From Owenia fusiformis (lineage: Eukaryota), in the NCBI GenBank assembly GCA_903813345.2, contig CAIIXF020000001.1, positions 24,490,001 through 24,554,000 of the forward strand: 64,000 nucleotides of DNA, in the 5' to 3' direction. The position numbers and the translations under genes are program-made. This document shows, one piece after another, positions 40,582-53,764 of the stretch (position 1 is the stretch's first letter; each line of letters opens with the position of its first letter). The notes beneath the pieces are model-generated. The model saw only the letters and a program-made list of their open reading frames with translations. It was not told the origin of the DNA and did no database searches.

Positions 40582-41487
40582 TGACGTGCACGGACCTGGG
40601 GACAATTCGGGAAATACGGGCTGATCTCAGCTTTGAGCGTTAATCTCTGCCTTATTTAAAAGCTAACGATGTGTTTTATATATCATTTTGAAGTATTTTT
40701 TATTCGCATTTCAGTGAAATTATTTTTCCTTCAAAATGTTGATGAGATCAAACATATTTTTAAAGTTAAATATATCCCGACATCGTCAAATACGCTGTAA
40801 GACGTAACACTTTACGCTTACAGGGCTCGTTGAAATTCGGATAACTTTTGAAATAATGATCAAAATTCCGCTAAAATTTCCAATGTTTTCAATGGAACAT
40901 GTTCATTTATGACGTCACAATTGCTTTACGGCTACAGTTCAAATTATCTTTTATGAACGCTTTTACATTTTTTTAAATTGTGTAAGGTTTTGAAGGCGAA
41001 TGGGACGAGCAATAAGTTTTCCTTCATTTAACCTTCTAATTTAAGTCTGATTGGAAAGAAAAATTAACTGCACAATATTGTCATGGCGAAATTTACAAAA
41101 CAATAACCAGGGTGTTTATTTTGCAAATAATATTAAAATAAGAGCTGGTTTTCGAGACTTTCGAGAAAAATGTGACGCATCGATTTTTTACCACAAATTC
41201 CATACATATCAATTTTTACCAACGCCCGAAGTGGATTTCTTGACCGTTTTTTCAAAATTCAAAAACATTTTAGAAATATTGTCCTCGAGATCTTGCTACC
41301 CTGTAGTTTTGGCATGATTAGATGAGGATAAAGTATTTTATTTTTAGGTTGACTAAACTTGACAAAAATGTGACGCTTGTCGTTTTAGACGTTGTAAGGC
41401 TGTTTGCGCCCTATGTTGCTCATTATTTTGTCTTGGTTTTTTGACGTCATAATGTTACGCTAATTATCCCCAGTTTCGTGCGACGTG
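40582..41487. mobile_element. Nested TIR element (TA-flanked)
   Basis: Imperfect TIR ACGT-GCACGGACCTGGGGACAATT / AATTATCCCCAGTTTCGTGCGACGTG; absent from the 19904-20628 copy. Confidence 0.7.
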
Positions 41488-41904
41488 TAAATACAACATT
41501 TTCTTAGACCTGATATTATAGTTATACAAAAGAAAATTTGATTGATTTAACAAAATGTATTCAAACAATTAAAAAAAATAGATAAAAATTAAAGTAACCC
41601 TCTTATTTCATTAAGAAGATACTTTTTTAAATCAATCAAACTTTCATTTGTACCATTACAATGTTGAGCGACCTGAACACGTTATGTATATGTCGTTTTG
41701 TTCCACTGATTTTCAGATAAATGTTTCGTTTCATTCCGAACATATGATACTAAGAACAAGAGAAGTGTCTGATGTGTTTTCTAAACCAATATAGAGAAAA
41801 GTATATATATATTTTTCAAATTAAACAGTTACCATTCAAAAGATGATCTTTAGATTGACGATGTGTACTATTTTCAGAATTTTGGAATAACATGTGCTCA
41901 ATTA

Positions 41905-42334
41905 CTCAGATGCGAGTAGGTAGTTACCAGTTTCGCCACCAGGTGGCTGGTTCGGGGGAATTAACATGGCAGGGTATTACAAAATTCCCTTAAACTTGAA
42001 TATGCATCAGTTTTAGTGGTTCACTTTTCATATTACCCTTATGTATCTGATGGTTATACAAATTAAAATATGTCCAGTAAAAGAAAATATTATCTGCCCA
42101 ATACAAGAAAAGATATTTCACTTTTTGTGGTTTTACAACATTGGGTCTATGGGGAATCTCCCCGACCTAGAAGTCACATTTTCAAAGAAAATTAAATTTT
42201 CAAAGTTGATAAACTCTATTCAAAACCATATTTCTAAATGTAATTTTACATGTAGATTCCAAATATGACATCAGTTTGACTGAATTGTGAATTTTTAATG
42301 ACGTAAATCAAGATTATTTCTACTCGCATCTGGG
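41905..42334. mobile_element. Nested MITE
   Basis: TIR CTCAGATGCGAGTAG / CTACTCGCATCTGGG; absent from the 19904-20628 copy. Confidence 0.7.
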
Positions 42335-43001
42335 ATATTCAGTTCGCCATATCAATACCAATCCTTAACGTTTTGATTTTGAATATTTTAGGTACACTGT
42401 ATACTTAATTTGGCGACCCGTTTAATTCAAGTGTGAAAAGTGTCATCAATTTAGAATTTGAAATTAAATATGTACCAAAATCTTTGGACATTCCATCAAT
42501 TCGTTGACAAGTTGAAAATGCATAAACTAACGAAATGTGCCAAATCAAATCCCCGGTATTCTTAAAATTGCAATATATCGGGAAGAAGGGCGCCAAATTA
42601 AGTAGAAGTAGCCTTACAGGTTAAGGTTATGAAACTGAAGGATGAAATTAATTATCATATCATCAGCCGTACGCAAAGTATATGTGCAAGATTGGCAACA
42701 CAAGTATTTTACGATGAGTCAAAGCCTTTTAAATGTACAGGGTGTCAAATAAATATATGTTCTCCCCCTTATTTTCAAAAGTATGAACTTTTTTACTTAG
42801 TCAGTTAGTATGAATCTTTTTTATATGCGATTTTCAGTTGTTATACAATTTTCCCATATATTACTCAACTCTTCATTTTTATTAGTTCTTTAAAATTCGG
42901 TATGGCCACCATATGCCGCATGATAGCAATTTACCCAGGGTATGATTCTAGAACATTTTCCAACAGTTCTGTCGCATCTGTCAAACTTCCAAAACATCTT
43001 A

Positions 43002-43786
43002 CCCTACTATCACACCAAACTAGTTCTCACTACGTTCTCGAAAACGGGCTTCAACTGTGTACGAACGGACTGGACGTACTTAGAACCGTTTGGGGTCTAT
43101 TTACAAACTTCATCGAACGTACTCGAACGGGTAGGTCCTCTAGAACTTAGAACATGCTCAAAATGTTATCTTGGTCGTCGCGTTCTACAATTGGAACGAG
43201 TGACAACCTACTAACGACGAGCTGGACGTACTACGAACGGGACGGTTGTACTTCAATCCTACTAGGGACGTTTTTACAACGAGTTGAACTGTCTGAGGAC
43301 GTATTGAGAACGAGGTAGAACTAATTGTAAACGGGTTAAAACTGATAAAGAACTTATTTATCAACGAGTTAGCAAAAATATAGCTATCACACAAAGCAAG
43401 TTGCCACTGCGTTCTTCAAAACTGGTTTTAAACTGAGTGCGAACGGAATGAACGTAGCTACAATGTTTTACGGTCTGTTTACGAACTTCAGACGAGGAAT
43501 GTGATTTAGAATTTTGAATCGATTCAAAATTCTATGGCGACCATACCGTTCTATAATCAAGTCATGATGACCTTCTAGACTAAGGGACGCGTTATACGAC
43601 GTTGCACACCGACGTGGTGCGACCTGAACGAACTGCGAATGAGATGGACGTATTTAAGACTGTTTATGAACGAAGTAGCTAATTATTTTAGACATATTTC
43701 CCGACCACAGCCAGATTGAGCCCGTTTTACGACGTTTTCGTAGGACTGGCAAGAATGGGTAAGAAATAGTTTGGTGTGATAGGGGG
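43002..43786. mobile_element. PIF/Harbinger-like MITE
   Basis: TTA|CCCTACTATCACACCAAACTAGTT ... TAGTTTGGTGTGATAGGGGG|TTA (3-bp TTA TSD); inverted relative of 5867-6680. Confidence 0.8.
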
Positions 43787-45146
43787 TTAGGACTTCCTTG
43801 GAATAACGAGTCCCATCAGATTCTTTGTTTGATACCCAGCATAAAATGTGTAAAAAAAATCAATAAGATATATGCAGAGGCAAGTATTATGATGTAATTT
43901 ACATGAAAAGCTAGTCACCTATTATGAATTGATTTATGTTGCCTTCATAAGTTGAACGATTTAGGTTCATCATAACAAGACGGTATAGCTTTATATTCCA
44001 ATTACTACAAATCAATTTATATTTATGTATATTTAATTAAGTATTCATTATATTTATTATTTGTTTCATAGATTTGCTAATTAGTTTTTTTGTATGTCAC
44101 CATGACATTGGTTTGCAACACTGATCATATAGAGCATTTTCCCTTAAATTGCGATGGCATTAATGTCAAATCTGTCCCAATGATTCAATGGAATGTCGAA
44201 AACAAGAGACGTGTGCCAATATTAAACGAGCCAATCTAGATATCAAGTTGCCATTTTTCTCTTTTTCGTTGATGGCATCAGGTGAAATTTCATTAAAGGC
44301 TATAGTTGATCAAAAGTACGTCTTGATACTCATCACATCCTATTTCTATAACAGACAGTAGTCTCTGGATGAAATTGTTATGGTATACCATGCAATCAAA
44401 AGTCCAGTAACTAAATATAGAGATGCGCTGTTGTCCAGTAATAAACCCAAAATAATGGCCGTCAAAACAAAATAATGGAAATGGGAGATATTTAAGTGCC
44501 CATGTTACTTGAAAATTGACAGAATCAAGATCATTGAACCATTTACATTAAATTGAGAACATGTAATAGATGTCAGAGATATATTAGCCATAGATATATG
44601 ATGTAATATATCACTGTGATTAAAAGTTTAAAATTGACTTTTTCCTAAAACGTTTCATGTTTTTGTATTATTAGGGGATTTTATAAAAACAAAAGTTCAT
44701 GAATATTATGATTTTCAATGAGAATATAACTAGTTTTCTAGTGGACGTGAAAATAACATTATAAATAGTAAATACAAAATATAATAGGTTTGCTAGATAT
44801 CCTGAAACTACAGAATTCACTGTCTTCATGTAATGTATTTCTCAATCATGGAGGGTATTGTAATTTATAGAATGTTGTTTAAGCTTAAACATGTTTGACA
44901 ATATATTGCTTAATCACACAGTGGTGGAACTCTTCAAAATATAGCAGAGGTACGATTTTTCTTTTTCCAAACGTGTGTTTTACAAACGTGTGTCCGCATA
45001 ATGTGTTTGAGAAAAGCTAATAGTTTGAGGCACCAGAATGATGAAAATAATGTTTCACTACTTTTACGCAAACGGCGTAAACGGAACGGTTAAACGTACA
45101 TATGTTAACCGTTTTAACGTGTCGTTTACGTAACAAAAGTGAGTTA

Positions 45147-45692
45147 TTATGTCACCACCAAGAAAAAAACGGTCAGAAATGTACTTGCTTCAAATTTTAC
45201 AAGTTATCAGAAGTTCAAATCTGACTTTAGTTTTGACCTTTATTGACATTCTCAAAAAAGGTCTTTTTCAACTTGCTTCAAATTTCAAAATCATCTACAA
45301 GTTCTCTAGAAAGTTCAAATCATTCTCAAGATCAAAAAAGATTTGACCTTCTAGCTTATTATAAATTCTTAAACTTTCAATAGCTTAACAAATACTGTTT
45401 GGACTGATTTTTTAAAATCATTTACAATTTTCCAGAAGTTCAAATCTGACTTCATATTTAAGATTTGACCTTTCATGGTCAAAAAAGGTTAAAAAAGGTA
45501 TTTTTCAACTTCTCAATTTTAAATTTGAGAGTTCACCTTCAATGACCTTCACGGGGTCAAAATTGGTATTTTTTCAACTTGCTTCAAGTTGACCAATTTA
45601 TTTTTTCAAAATCATCTATACGTTCTTAACACGTTCGTAATATTGTGAGCAACTTGGTGGTGACATTTTGTCATGTTAATTAATGCCTTGTT
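45147..45692 (+). mobile_element. Degenerate Helentron-associated element, same family as 14751-16368
   Basis: TTATGTCACCACCA head, degenerate core repeats, GGTGGTGACATTTTGTCATGTTAAT..GCCTTGTT tail. Confidence 0.75.
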
Positions 45693-45889
45693 ACATGAAC
45701 CATTCGTTAGATTCGATTTCCTTAAACATATGATGCTGACACACGTCTGTGCCAAAAGGTCGCGGGGATTCCACTTACATCTCTTGAAATCACAGAAAAA
45801 GATTGAAGAGTTCCTCCACATCGATTCAATTGGCTGTCTTGCTTTGTAATGGGAGTAATTGCAATATGCATTAATGTGATACAATTATA

Positions 45890-46639
45890 CAGGGTGTCAA
45901 ATAAGTTGCGTCTACCCTGCTACAGAATCGATGGTACCTTGTCCCATGCATCGAATTTTAATTTTGTATCAACCCGTTTCTGTTTTTAATTTGTGATCAA
46001 TGATGCAAAACTTTGCTAGACTTCGTCGTATATGCCCATTTGAAAAATTCAGTTCAAGTAAGGTTCGAACCTGAAACTACTTTTAAATATTTTGTACATG
46101 TCCAATTTGCGACATGGAAATTCAATCGACTGCACCAATAATTTGATACCCGAGCAGTCCGTCGAAAACTCTTTTTTTACATTCCCCTTGTTACAAAAAG
46201 TCGTCACTATCATTACCTTACCCCTCTATTTTCTACACATCTTTCCATAAATTGATTAAATTCACTGCCATAAACATATGTTTTCATCTTGAGCCCCTTG
46301 CTTTTTCTGATGCATAATTCTTAAAATTCTGCCAGATATTAGTACGCCAAATTGCCATTATTCTAGTTCTCTGCGGTTACCTAAACTGATACAATATAAT
46401 GCAGCAATTTGTGACCTTGATTGACAGTCGGGTATCAGACATTCGCAATTAAAGTAACTTTGGCAAATGCTCTTTAAGTCTTGCCAAAATGTTATTATAA
46501 TATTATTAATTAATTTCTGAAATAGAATAAACTATATTTAAAACAAAACTTTGGACGATCTTCCCAACAATATATGACACTTGACACCATATATCTTAGT
46601 TTTGACTGTAGAGGAGAGGGGGACTTATCTGACACCCTG
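45890..46639. mobile_element. Tc1/mariner-type MITE
   Basis: TA|CAGGGTGTCAAATAAGT ... ACTTATCTGACACCCTG|TA. Confidence 0.7.
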
Positions 46640-46804
46640 TATAGTTAATATTATCTCTATTCAAATCAGAGAACATGTATAAATATATGGAGGTTGTTTA
46701 ATTGGAGGTTTTTGATACAAAGTATATCTGAGAGAAATACAATATATCAACCCGAGGGACCACATGGACCGAGGGTTGATGTATTGTAATTACCGAGGGA
46801 TATA

Positions 46805-47795
46805 CAGGGTGTCTCAAAAAAATGTACCCAAAAGTATATCAAGAGCACAGATAAACCAATCAATATTTTCAGACACTTTTTGCATGGTCATGTAGCCAAA
46901 ACATGAAAGTTTTCTCCCCAATACACCATTTTTATTTCAGTCTTGTCTTTTTGATGCTTTAACCCTTTACCTTTTACACCACATAATCGATGTAACCTCA
47001 TGTTTCGATGACAGCCTGTATCCTTACTGCTACATTGTTCATCATATTTGATAATAATTCCGGTGGAATAGTTTGGATTTCTCTTTAGATGTTGCCCTTA
47101 AGTTGTTTTAGGTCTTTTTGCTTGGAAAGAGCATTAAAACACTCTTTCAAATAGCCACAGGGAAAGATGTTTGAGGATGACGATGGCAGACCAAACAAAG
47201 ATAATCAGGTCAATTATCGACAAATGACTCAGAAGTTACCTTCCAGAGTTAGGCAGGCTAGCCTGGAGACCAAATGGTATCCAAATGAAAACACAGTGGT
47301 CTCAAATTGATACACACAACAAAACCTACACTAGAATCCCAACCAATGCAGTTTCTTGAATCTCTGACCTCTCTGTATAAGGGGGCTATAAGACATTGCG
47401 AGGGCCTCCCTATTCACCATATTTGAAGGTCCATACTTTTTTCTCTGAGGCTATTTGAAGGACCATTTTTATGCTAAACCCAAGCTAAGAGACCTAGAAC
47501 AACTTAAGACCAGCATCCGAACAGAAATCAAAACATTCCACCAGAAATATCAAATGTGATGAACAATGTAGTAGTAAGGATACAGACTGTCATCGAAATA
47601 TGAGGTTACATTGAATATGTGGTGTAAAAGGTAACGGGTTATAGTATCAAAAAGGCAAAACTGAATTAAAAACTGTGTATAGGGGAAAAAACTTTCATCT
47701 TTTATCTACAAGACCATGCAAAAAATGTCTGAAAATATTGATTGGTTTGTCTATGATGTTGATATACTTTTGGGTACATTTTTTGAGACACCCTA
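46805..47795 (+). mobile_element. Tc1/mariner derivative with about 280-bp TIRs and a decayed transposase C-terminus
   Basis: TA|CAGGGTGTCTCAAAAAAATGTACCCAAAAG TIRs; 47402-47480 reads (with a frameshift and a stop) PPYSPYL..PYFFL*GYLKDHFYAKP, matching the WPPxSPDLxPxDFFLWGYLK motif of maT/DD37D-type transposases. Confidence 0.8.
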
Positions 47796-48039
47796 TACCC
47801 TCTCACCCGCTCACTTCAGATATCAATTATATTCCTGCATGTTAATTATTTATACTTGTATATAACGCTACTAAGTATGGAATAAATGGCTGTAACATAG
47901 AAATAAAATGGTTATATGTGATTATGTTTCTTTTCATGAATACTTCATCTTTTAGGGGTAGGATAAAACTAAACTACAAGCTAACTAAAATAAATAACAT
48001 ATATGTTCAAAGTTGTTGAATTTCTTTCTCAGAGATATT

Positions 48040-48097
48040 TATTTTTATTTTTGACGTTTCGTAGGATGTCCATCCTACTTCTTCAGAAATAAAATTA
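48040..48097 (-). ncRNA. Minimal type I hammerhead ribozyme (minus-strand copy)
   Basis: Reverse complement of 48053-48086 is CTGAAGA-A-GTAGGATG-GA-CATCCTAC-GAAAC-GTC. Confidence 0.7.
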
Positions 48098-49025
48098 TAT
48101 TTGAATCAAACTGAAATAATTAATTATTACATAACAATGAGACAAATAGCAACCGTTACTATAGAAAACTTCATTGATGTTACAATTGACCTTTTGCGAT
48201 CAGAATTCAGGAATTTTGTTTATGGATACTGTTGTCACGTATTTCGTCTTATTGGTATGACGTCATATAGAAATGATATTAGACATGATGGAATCACGAA
48301 ATGACGGACACGTGGCAGTTTTGAGCTAAAAATATTGTCGTTTCTTATATGAAAACCATGGGTCAGATATTTAACAGGTATGCCAATTTGACTAGATCAT
48401 GAGTATATCTATATATGTGCGAAGTTTGGGTGAAATTCATACTAAACATCGATGCCTTTAAGCGCCCCCCGTTTTTGTCAAAATCGGGGGGCGCTTAACT
48501 GCTATCTAAATCATGTCAGTAAGACCTTAGACTTGATATGTGCTTAGAATGAATGTTGATCTAGTCAAGTCAATAAATCAATAAAGCACGAAATATAGAA
48601 GATAATCTCTCAAAATCAAGCATCTAAAGCTGGGTGACCTAATTGTGACGTCACTAAAAGATAGAATCCATTCGGTGATCGCAAATCATCAATTAAACAA
48701 TTAATTGAGAAAAATAGCAACCGTTACCATAAAAAGCTTCAATGATGTAATATACAATTAAAAACGTTTCTAAGGTAACACAACATACCACCTAGAAACG
48801 ACACTAAGACATTATGAATATGAATAAACTATAACATCTTAAAATAGACGGGATCCAGTGTGTAACCCTGATCCCTGTTTAATTCTGGACTTTTAAGTTT
48901 AATATGGATTGCTTCTTTGATTTTTCTTTTTAACCAGTGTTTTTCATTATCAATAACCGATACACCTGTCCAATTCATTTCATGTTCTTTATTTCATGTT
49001 CTTCTTTCATGTTTTGATTCAAATA

Positions 49026-49084
49026 TAATTTTATTTCTGAAGAAGTAGGATGGACATCCTACGAAACGTCAAAAAATAAAAATA
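49026..49084 (+). ncRNA. Minimal type I hammerhead ribozyme (plus-strand copy)
   Basis: CUGAAGA (49037-49043), extra A, stem II GUAGGAUG/CAUCCUAC, GAAA, palindromic mini stem III ACGU, GUC cleavage triplet ending at 49070, A/U stem I. Confidence 0.72.
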
Positions 49085-50706
49085 AATATCTCTGAGAAAG
49101 AAATTCAACAACTTTGTACATTACTACCAGAGAGATGAACATTCATAGAAACATATATGTTATTTATATTAGTTAGCTTGTAGTTTAGTCATCCTTGACT
49201 GTGTCTTTCGGGATGTTAATAGCCAAATTTTACATAGTTCAATAGAAAAATTAAGCATTTTAACTTCCCATTTGTGATATTCCCAGTAATGTTAGCTTCT
49301 TACAGTCTCTGAGTCTGATGGCCATCTCCAGATATTTACAGCTCAGCTGTAAGAAGGAAAAGGCCCAGATCTAAAACTGAACAAACTTAGTTGCAAAGTT
49401 TCTGTTATTATATACATATATTAGATGGTTCTGGTGGTTCTTCACGTGAGATTGAGTAGATCGTGAGGATCAATCTATGTTTGGATGTGATAAAAAACCT
49501 GGATCTACCTCTGCCCTGTATCCTGCAAAAACCATTTTGATCTTAGCTTGTAATAAACAAATTACGACTGCATAAAATGTACTATATCTAGTATCTGTTC
49601 ATGGGTGTCTCTTAAATTGAATCTGTTGAATTGATCAAACTTCACTTTTTTCATATTCTTCACTTTTCTCTTTTTTCCAAAACTATTTGGATCGTACTTA
49701 TAAATATGTCTTCTACATTTGCATGCATAAAAATGTGTCGGTTTTACTTACTTAGGCGTTCTGTCTGTATAGTTTTGATTTTGAAGATATTCGAGTGATA
49801 GGTTCATCTTTCACAATTGGATTGAGGTATAATTCTGATATTTCATAGATTGAATTAACGAAGCCCCAGATATCAAACAGGACAAACATTAACAAAAATA
49901 GTACAATAACGCCATTTCGAAGGGCAATATAGTGAAATATTGGACCAAGTGAAATTGTCACTACATTTCCCGAAGAAATTACGTTATTAGTGTTATTACC
50001 ACCGTTAATGACCAGGGTTGAAATAGCAAGAAAAGCTTACGCACTGAACGATATATAATTTCCCGGGGAAAATTGCCGGTCATTAATTGCATTATTGACC
50101 GCCATTATGGACTGCCACTATGACGTCACATATTGCTCAGGTCGATATCGTAAAATTAATGCATTCTAAACTAGCACTAAAACCCCTAGAATTGGCCCGG
50201 CAAGGTGGTAATAATAAGAAGTTAAGCTACACGTTTTTAAGAAAACTTGAAGATGAATTTGTAAAGCATGGTCCTCCGAGGATAAGTTCTTCCTTTCCTT
50301 GTAAGTCACAGGTTGAAGGTGCAGATTCAAGATTGAAGTGTTCTACACTACACTAGTATTTTCTGTAATCTTCTACTGAAGCATAAATATCATATTCTAC
50401 ATACATTATTTCAATGTACTCTATTTGATAATTGATTAACTATACTGTGTCCAAGAAGATGTAAAAGCCAGACTTCTGCTTCAGCCAGCATTATCATCTG
50501 CTCTCGAAACGCAACTACAAGGAAAGCAAACAAAAATATGTATATTAAGACTGTTAACAGTTGATTATTCTAATGTATTTGAATTTTGGATATGCAACGA
50601 AATGATAATGAAGTCTTAAGCTATCTTTGATGTCATACATGAACTATTTGTAAATAAGGTGTCAGAAAAAACTAGTTGTAATAATAATATTGTCGAATAC
50701 TAAGAA

Positions 50707-51429
50707 AGGAGCACGTGGGTTATCGCAAACAATTTCAGAAGGTTATATCTTGGATTATGACTATTTTCTGACAATGAAGACAAGTTTATCTTTTAGATCA
50801 ATTCATTATCTCAAAGAAAATTATGCACAGTAATAATAAATTCAAACAAACTCGGAGATATTTAACTAGCAATTAACCCATCAACACACTTTTTGACCCC
50901 ATTTTGAAGATGTTGACCCCATTTTCACCAAAAATGCAATCATTTTTTACAATGTTTAATGCATTACTATTCTTTATTTTGATGTATCAAAAAGTTCTTG
51001 AAAGAAAAACTTAATTACATTAAGATAAGTGTTCCCCATGTTATTTCTCCATTGAAAAATCTCATGCTATCCATTGGTTTCAGTTCATTTTGGTCATCCA
51101 AATTGAATATCTTTAAAGTCCCTTGAGCAATCAAATTTTCCTTTTAGGAAATCGAACATGTCTCAAAGCACATTCTAATTATGCATTCAACAATATTATA
51201 ATAGGTTGCATTTTTGGTGAAAATTAGGTCAACAATTTTGAAAAAGTATGTTGATTGGTCCATTGCCCCTTCAATATCACTTAGGTCTGATTAACTAAAT
51301 TATCATTATATATACTTTTCTTGAAGATAATGAATGGATCTAAAAGATACACCCATGTTCATGATCAAAAAATATTCATAATTCAAGTTAGAATCATTTG
51401 AAATTGTTTGCGATAACCTACGTGCTCCT
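50707..51429. mobile_element. Kolobok-like foldback MITE
   Basis: AGGAGCACGTGGGTTATCGCAAACAATTTCA / TGAAATTGTTTGCGATAACCTACGTGCTCCT, with about 250 bp of degenerate inverted arms. Confidence 0.65.
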
Positions 51430-52192
51430 TTATAAATACTCTTCTGTTGGTGAATATTTACATACAGTGTCAGAACTTCATTCAGTTTAATAAAGGGAGA
51501 CATTCAGAAAGGCATACATTTTCACATACAACCACCCTCTTATGAACTATAGAGAAACAAAGTAACATAATTGGTCGTAGAGAGTGACACAAATATATTC
51601 TTTATACTATAAAATGGAAAGTGAATGAAAAGAGCTGCTGCCTTCAAAGAAAAAAGTTTACATAACAATTAAGGTCAAATATCCTAATTACGAGCGTATA
51701 TACATCTATGTTGCTAAGAACACTTTTTACGTGATTATATATTTCCAAATTGAAAATAAAATTGACATAATTTTCCGAACGAGTGAAAATCATATCATCA
51801 AGCTGACACTCTCGTCACCTTTTCAATGGTGAATTGGGACCTTATAACTATTGAGGGTACAATGCCCTGTCATAAGCAACACTCAATTAAAAGAACAGTT
51901 TATTAACGATGGCGAGTTACATTAAGCATGTTAAGTCCTGCATGAGGCTAAGAACCTCAGTACAAGTTCATAATGTTCTTCTAAGGAAACCTATTAATGC
52001 CATGACAATAACTGGCTTAATTTTTCATTTCTCAGTTTAATATTTCAATCAACATTTGTTTCAAACCATAGGACATTTTTAAGCACATGGCACTAATAAG
52101 TGAAAGTGAGCGAAGAAAATGAGCGAAGCACCGTCCAACCAAATACAGAACACCCCTCATTTAACCCCAATGTCTGCAACGTATTTTTCATA

Positions 52193-53081
52193 CCCTAATG
52201 TGTACAGGGTATGACCTGACCCCCTCCGGATTTTCCCCCGCTACTTCTCTACCAAGGAGGTGTATATTTATATAATCGTAGTAGCTATAGCTACAGATAA
52301 AATACCATTTTTGGTGCAAAAATCGAGGTGACCTACTTTGGCTGAGTTAGGATACAATAAATATATCAGCTGGTTCTATTTCCTTTCTTTTGAATATAGA
52401 CCATATAGAATAGTGACACTTTCTAACAAGCCATATTACAATGTAATATTTTTTTGAGAAAAAATTCTGTCATCTCGAGTGGCTTTATTTATTTTAAAAT
52501 ATTGATTGTATACAAGTGATTCTATGTAATATTTTGATTATGTACCAGTTTTTACGTTTTCGCGACCCGAGATGAACTAAAAACAAATTTTCTCAGCCAA
52601 TGCTCAACCAATATTCACATTTTTACACTATATTATAGCTATGGGTATATAGGAGGTTAATTTAAAAAAATATTATCTCTTAGGTATTTTATGCCTAGGC
52701 TGCGATTTGTCTCCCATCCCCCCATTTTTCGATATTTCATGTCGTCAAATTTTCGACCAAATTACCTCCAGATCTCCGGATCTAGGAAAAGTATTTACCC
52801 ACGTTTTTGCCCTAAAAAGGTAGATACTATAAACATCTATCACATGTAGTACCCCTTTCTGTCTAAAAAACATTATTTGCTGTTTTTAACTGAAAAAGTA
52901 CAATTTACGCGAAAAATGCCCACCCTTATGTTACTTTGACCTCTCTTGACCAAATTTGACCTACTTTCTTTGAGATTTTAATACACCTCCCTCGATAGTT
53001 TGACCTATAATATAATAAAATCTTGAAACTGTCAAAAACCCTGTCAATTAGTTTTATAAAAATAGGTTGTACACATAAAGG
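52193..53081. mobile_element. Degenerate piggyBac-like non-autonomous element
   Basis: CCCTAATGTGTACA / TGTACACATAAAGG termini; flanks only resemble TTAA. Confidence 0.35.
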
Positions 53082-53764
53082 CTAAGTCGCAAGGGGAAGG
53101 GGGGGGGGGGCATTTGAACACTCTCGGTGACTTTTTTTATCACCTGTTTTGATTTCAATAATATTGGTATAGTTGTCAACTTTATTCAATTGCCCCTTCA
53201 GCAAAGAAAATTTTCTGGTGCTAAAAATGCTATATTTTCTAAAATAATAGTCTATTATCTTCCAAAAAGAACTAAAAGCAAGGAAATTAAAGCTTCACTA
53301 CAACTGATTTTATGTTCTTTCAAAGAAAGCAGGTATCGCGAAAACCATTGAAATCAATGGAACACGCAATTGTAAATACTGTAATCAACATTTTCAATTC
53401 AACTTATTTTTGTCTTTAGCATTGATATTCCAAGTTCAAGATGTATCATAAATAGCAGTCAGTGGTTTGTAAGAAAATGAAAGAAAGAAAAATAATTGAC
53501 TTGATATTGTTCCAATTTAAATATTTTGGTTCATGATCTTTGCCCCTCCACTCGCAATCACTGATTTTTACGCCAAAATGTATCGTTTATCTGTGGCTCG
53601 AGCTAGAAAAAATAACGGGAATAAAATCTTGCAAAAAGTAATCACAAAAGGGGAGGTCTATTTAGTAAGTGAGGTGGATCATGCAAGATGATTAATACTA
53701 CGATTTTTAAGGAAAATGGTTTTGTATTTTTATCATAGTATACATAGCCATACATTGGCGAGTC

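Larger units (their letters stand above)
40311..42365. mobile_element. Kolobok-like element abutting the exon 6b stop codon, with two nested MITEs
   Basis: 29-bp TIR AGGATTGGTATCGATATGGCGAACTGAAT (1 mismatch at the right end); body homologous to 19904-20628. Confidence 0.8.
47965..49190. mobile_element. Penelope-like element remnant: inverted pair of pseudo-LTR-like repeats
   Basis: 47967-48110 and 49013-49189 are near-perfect reverse complements, each with a hammerhead core followed by AATAAA. Confidence 0.65.
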
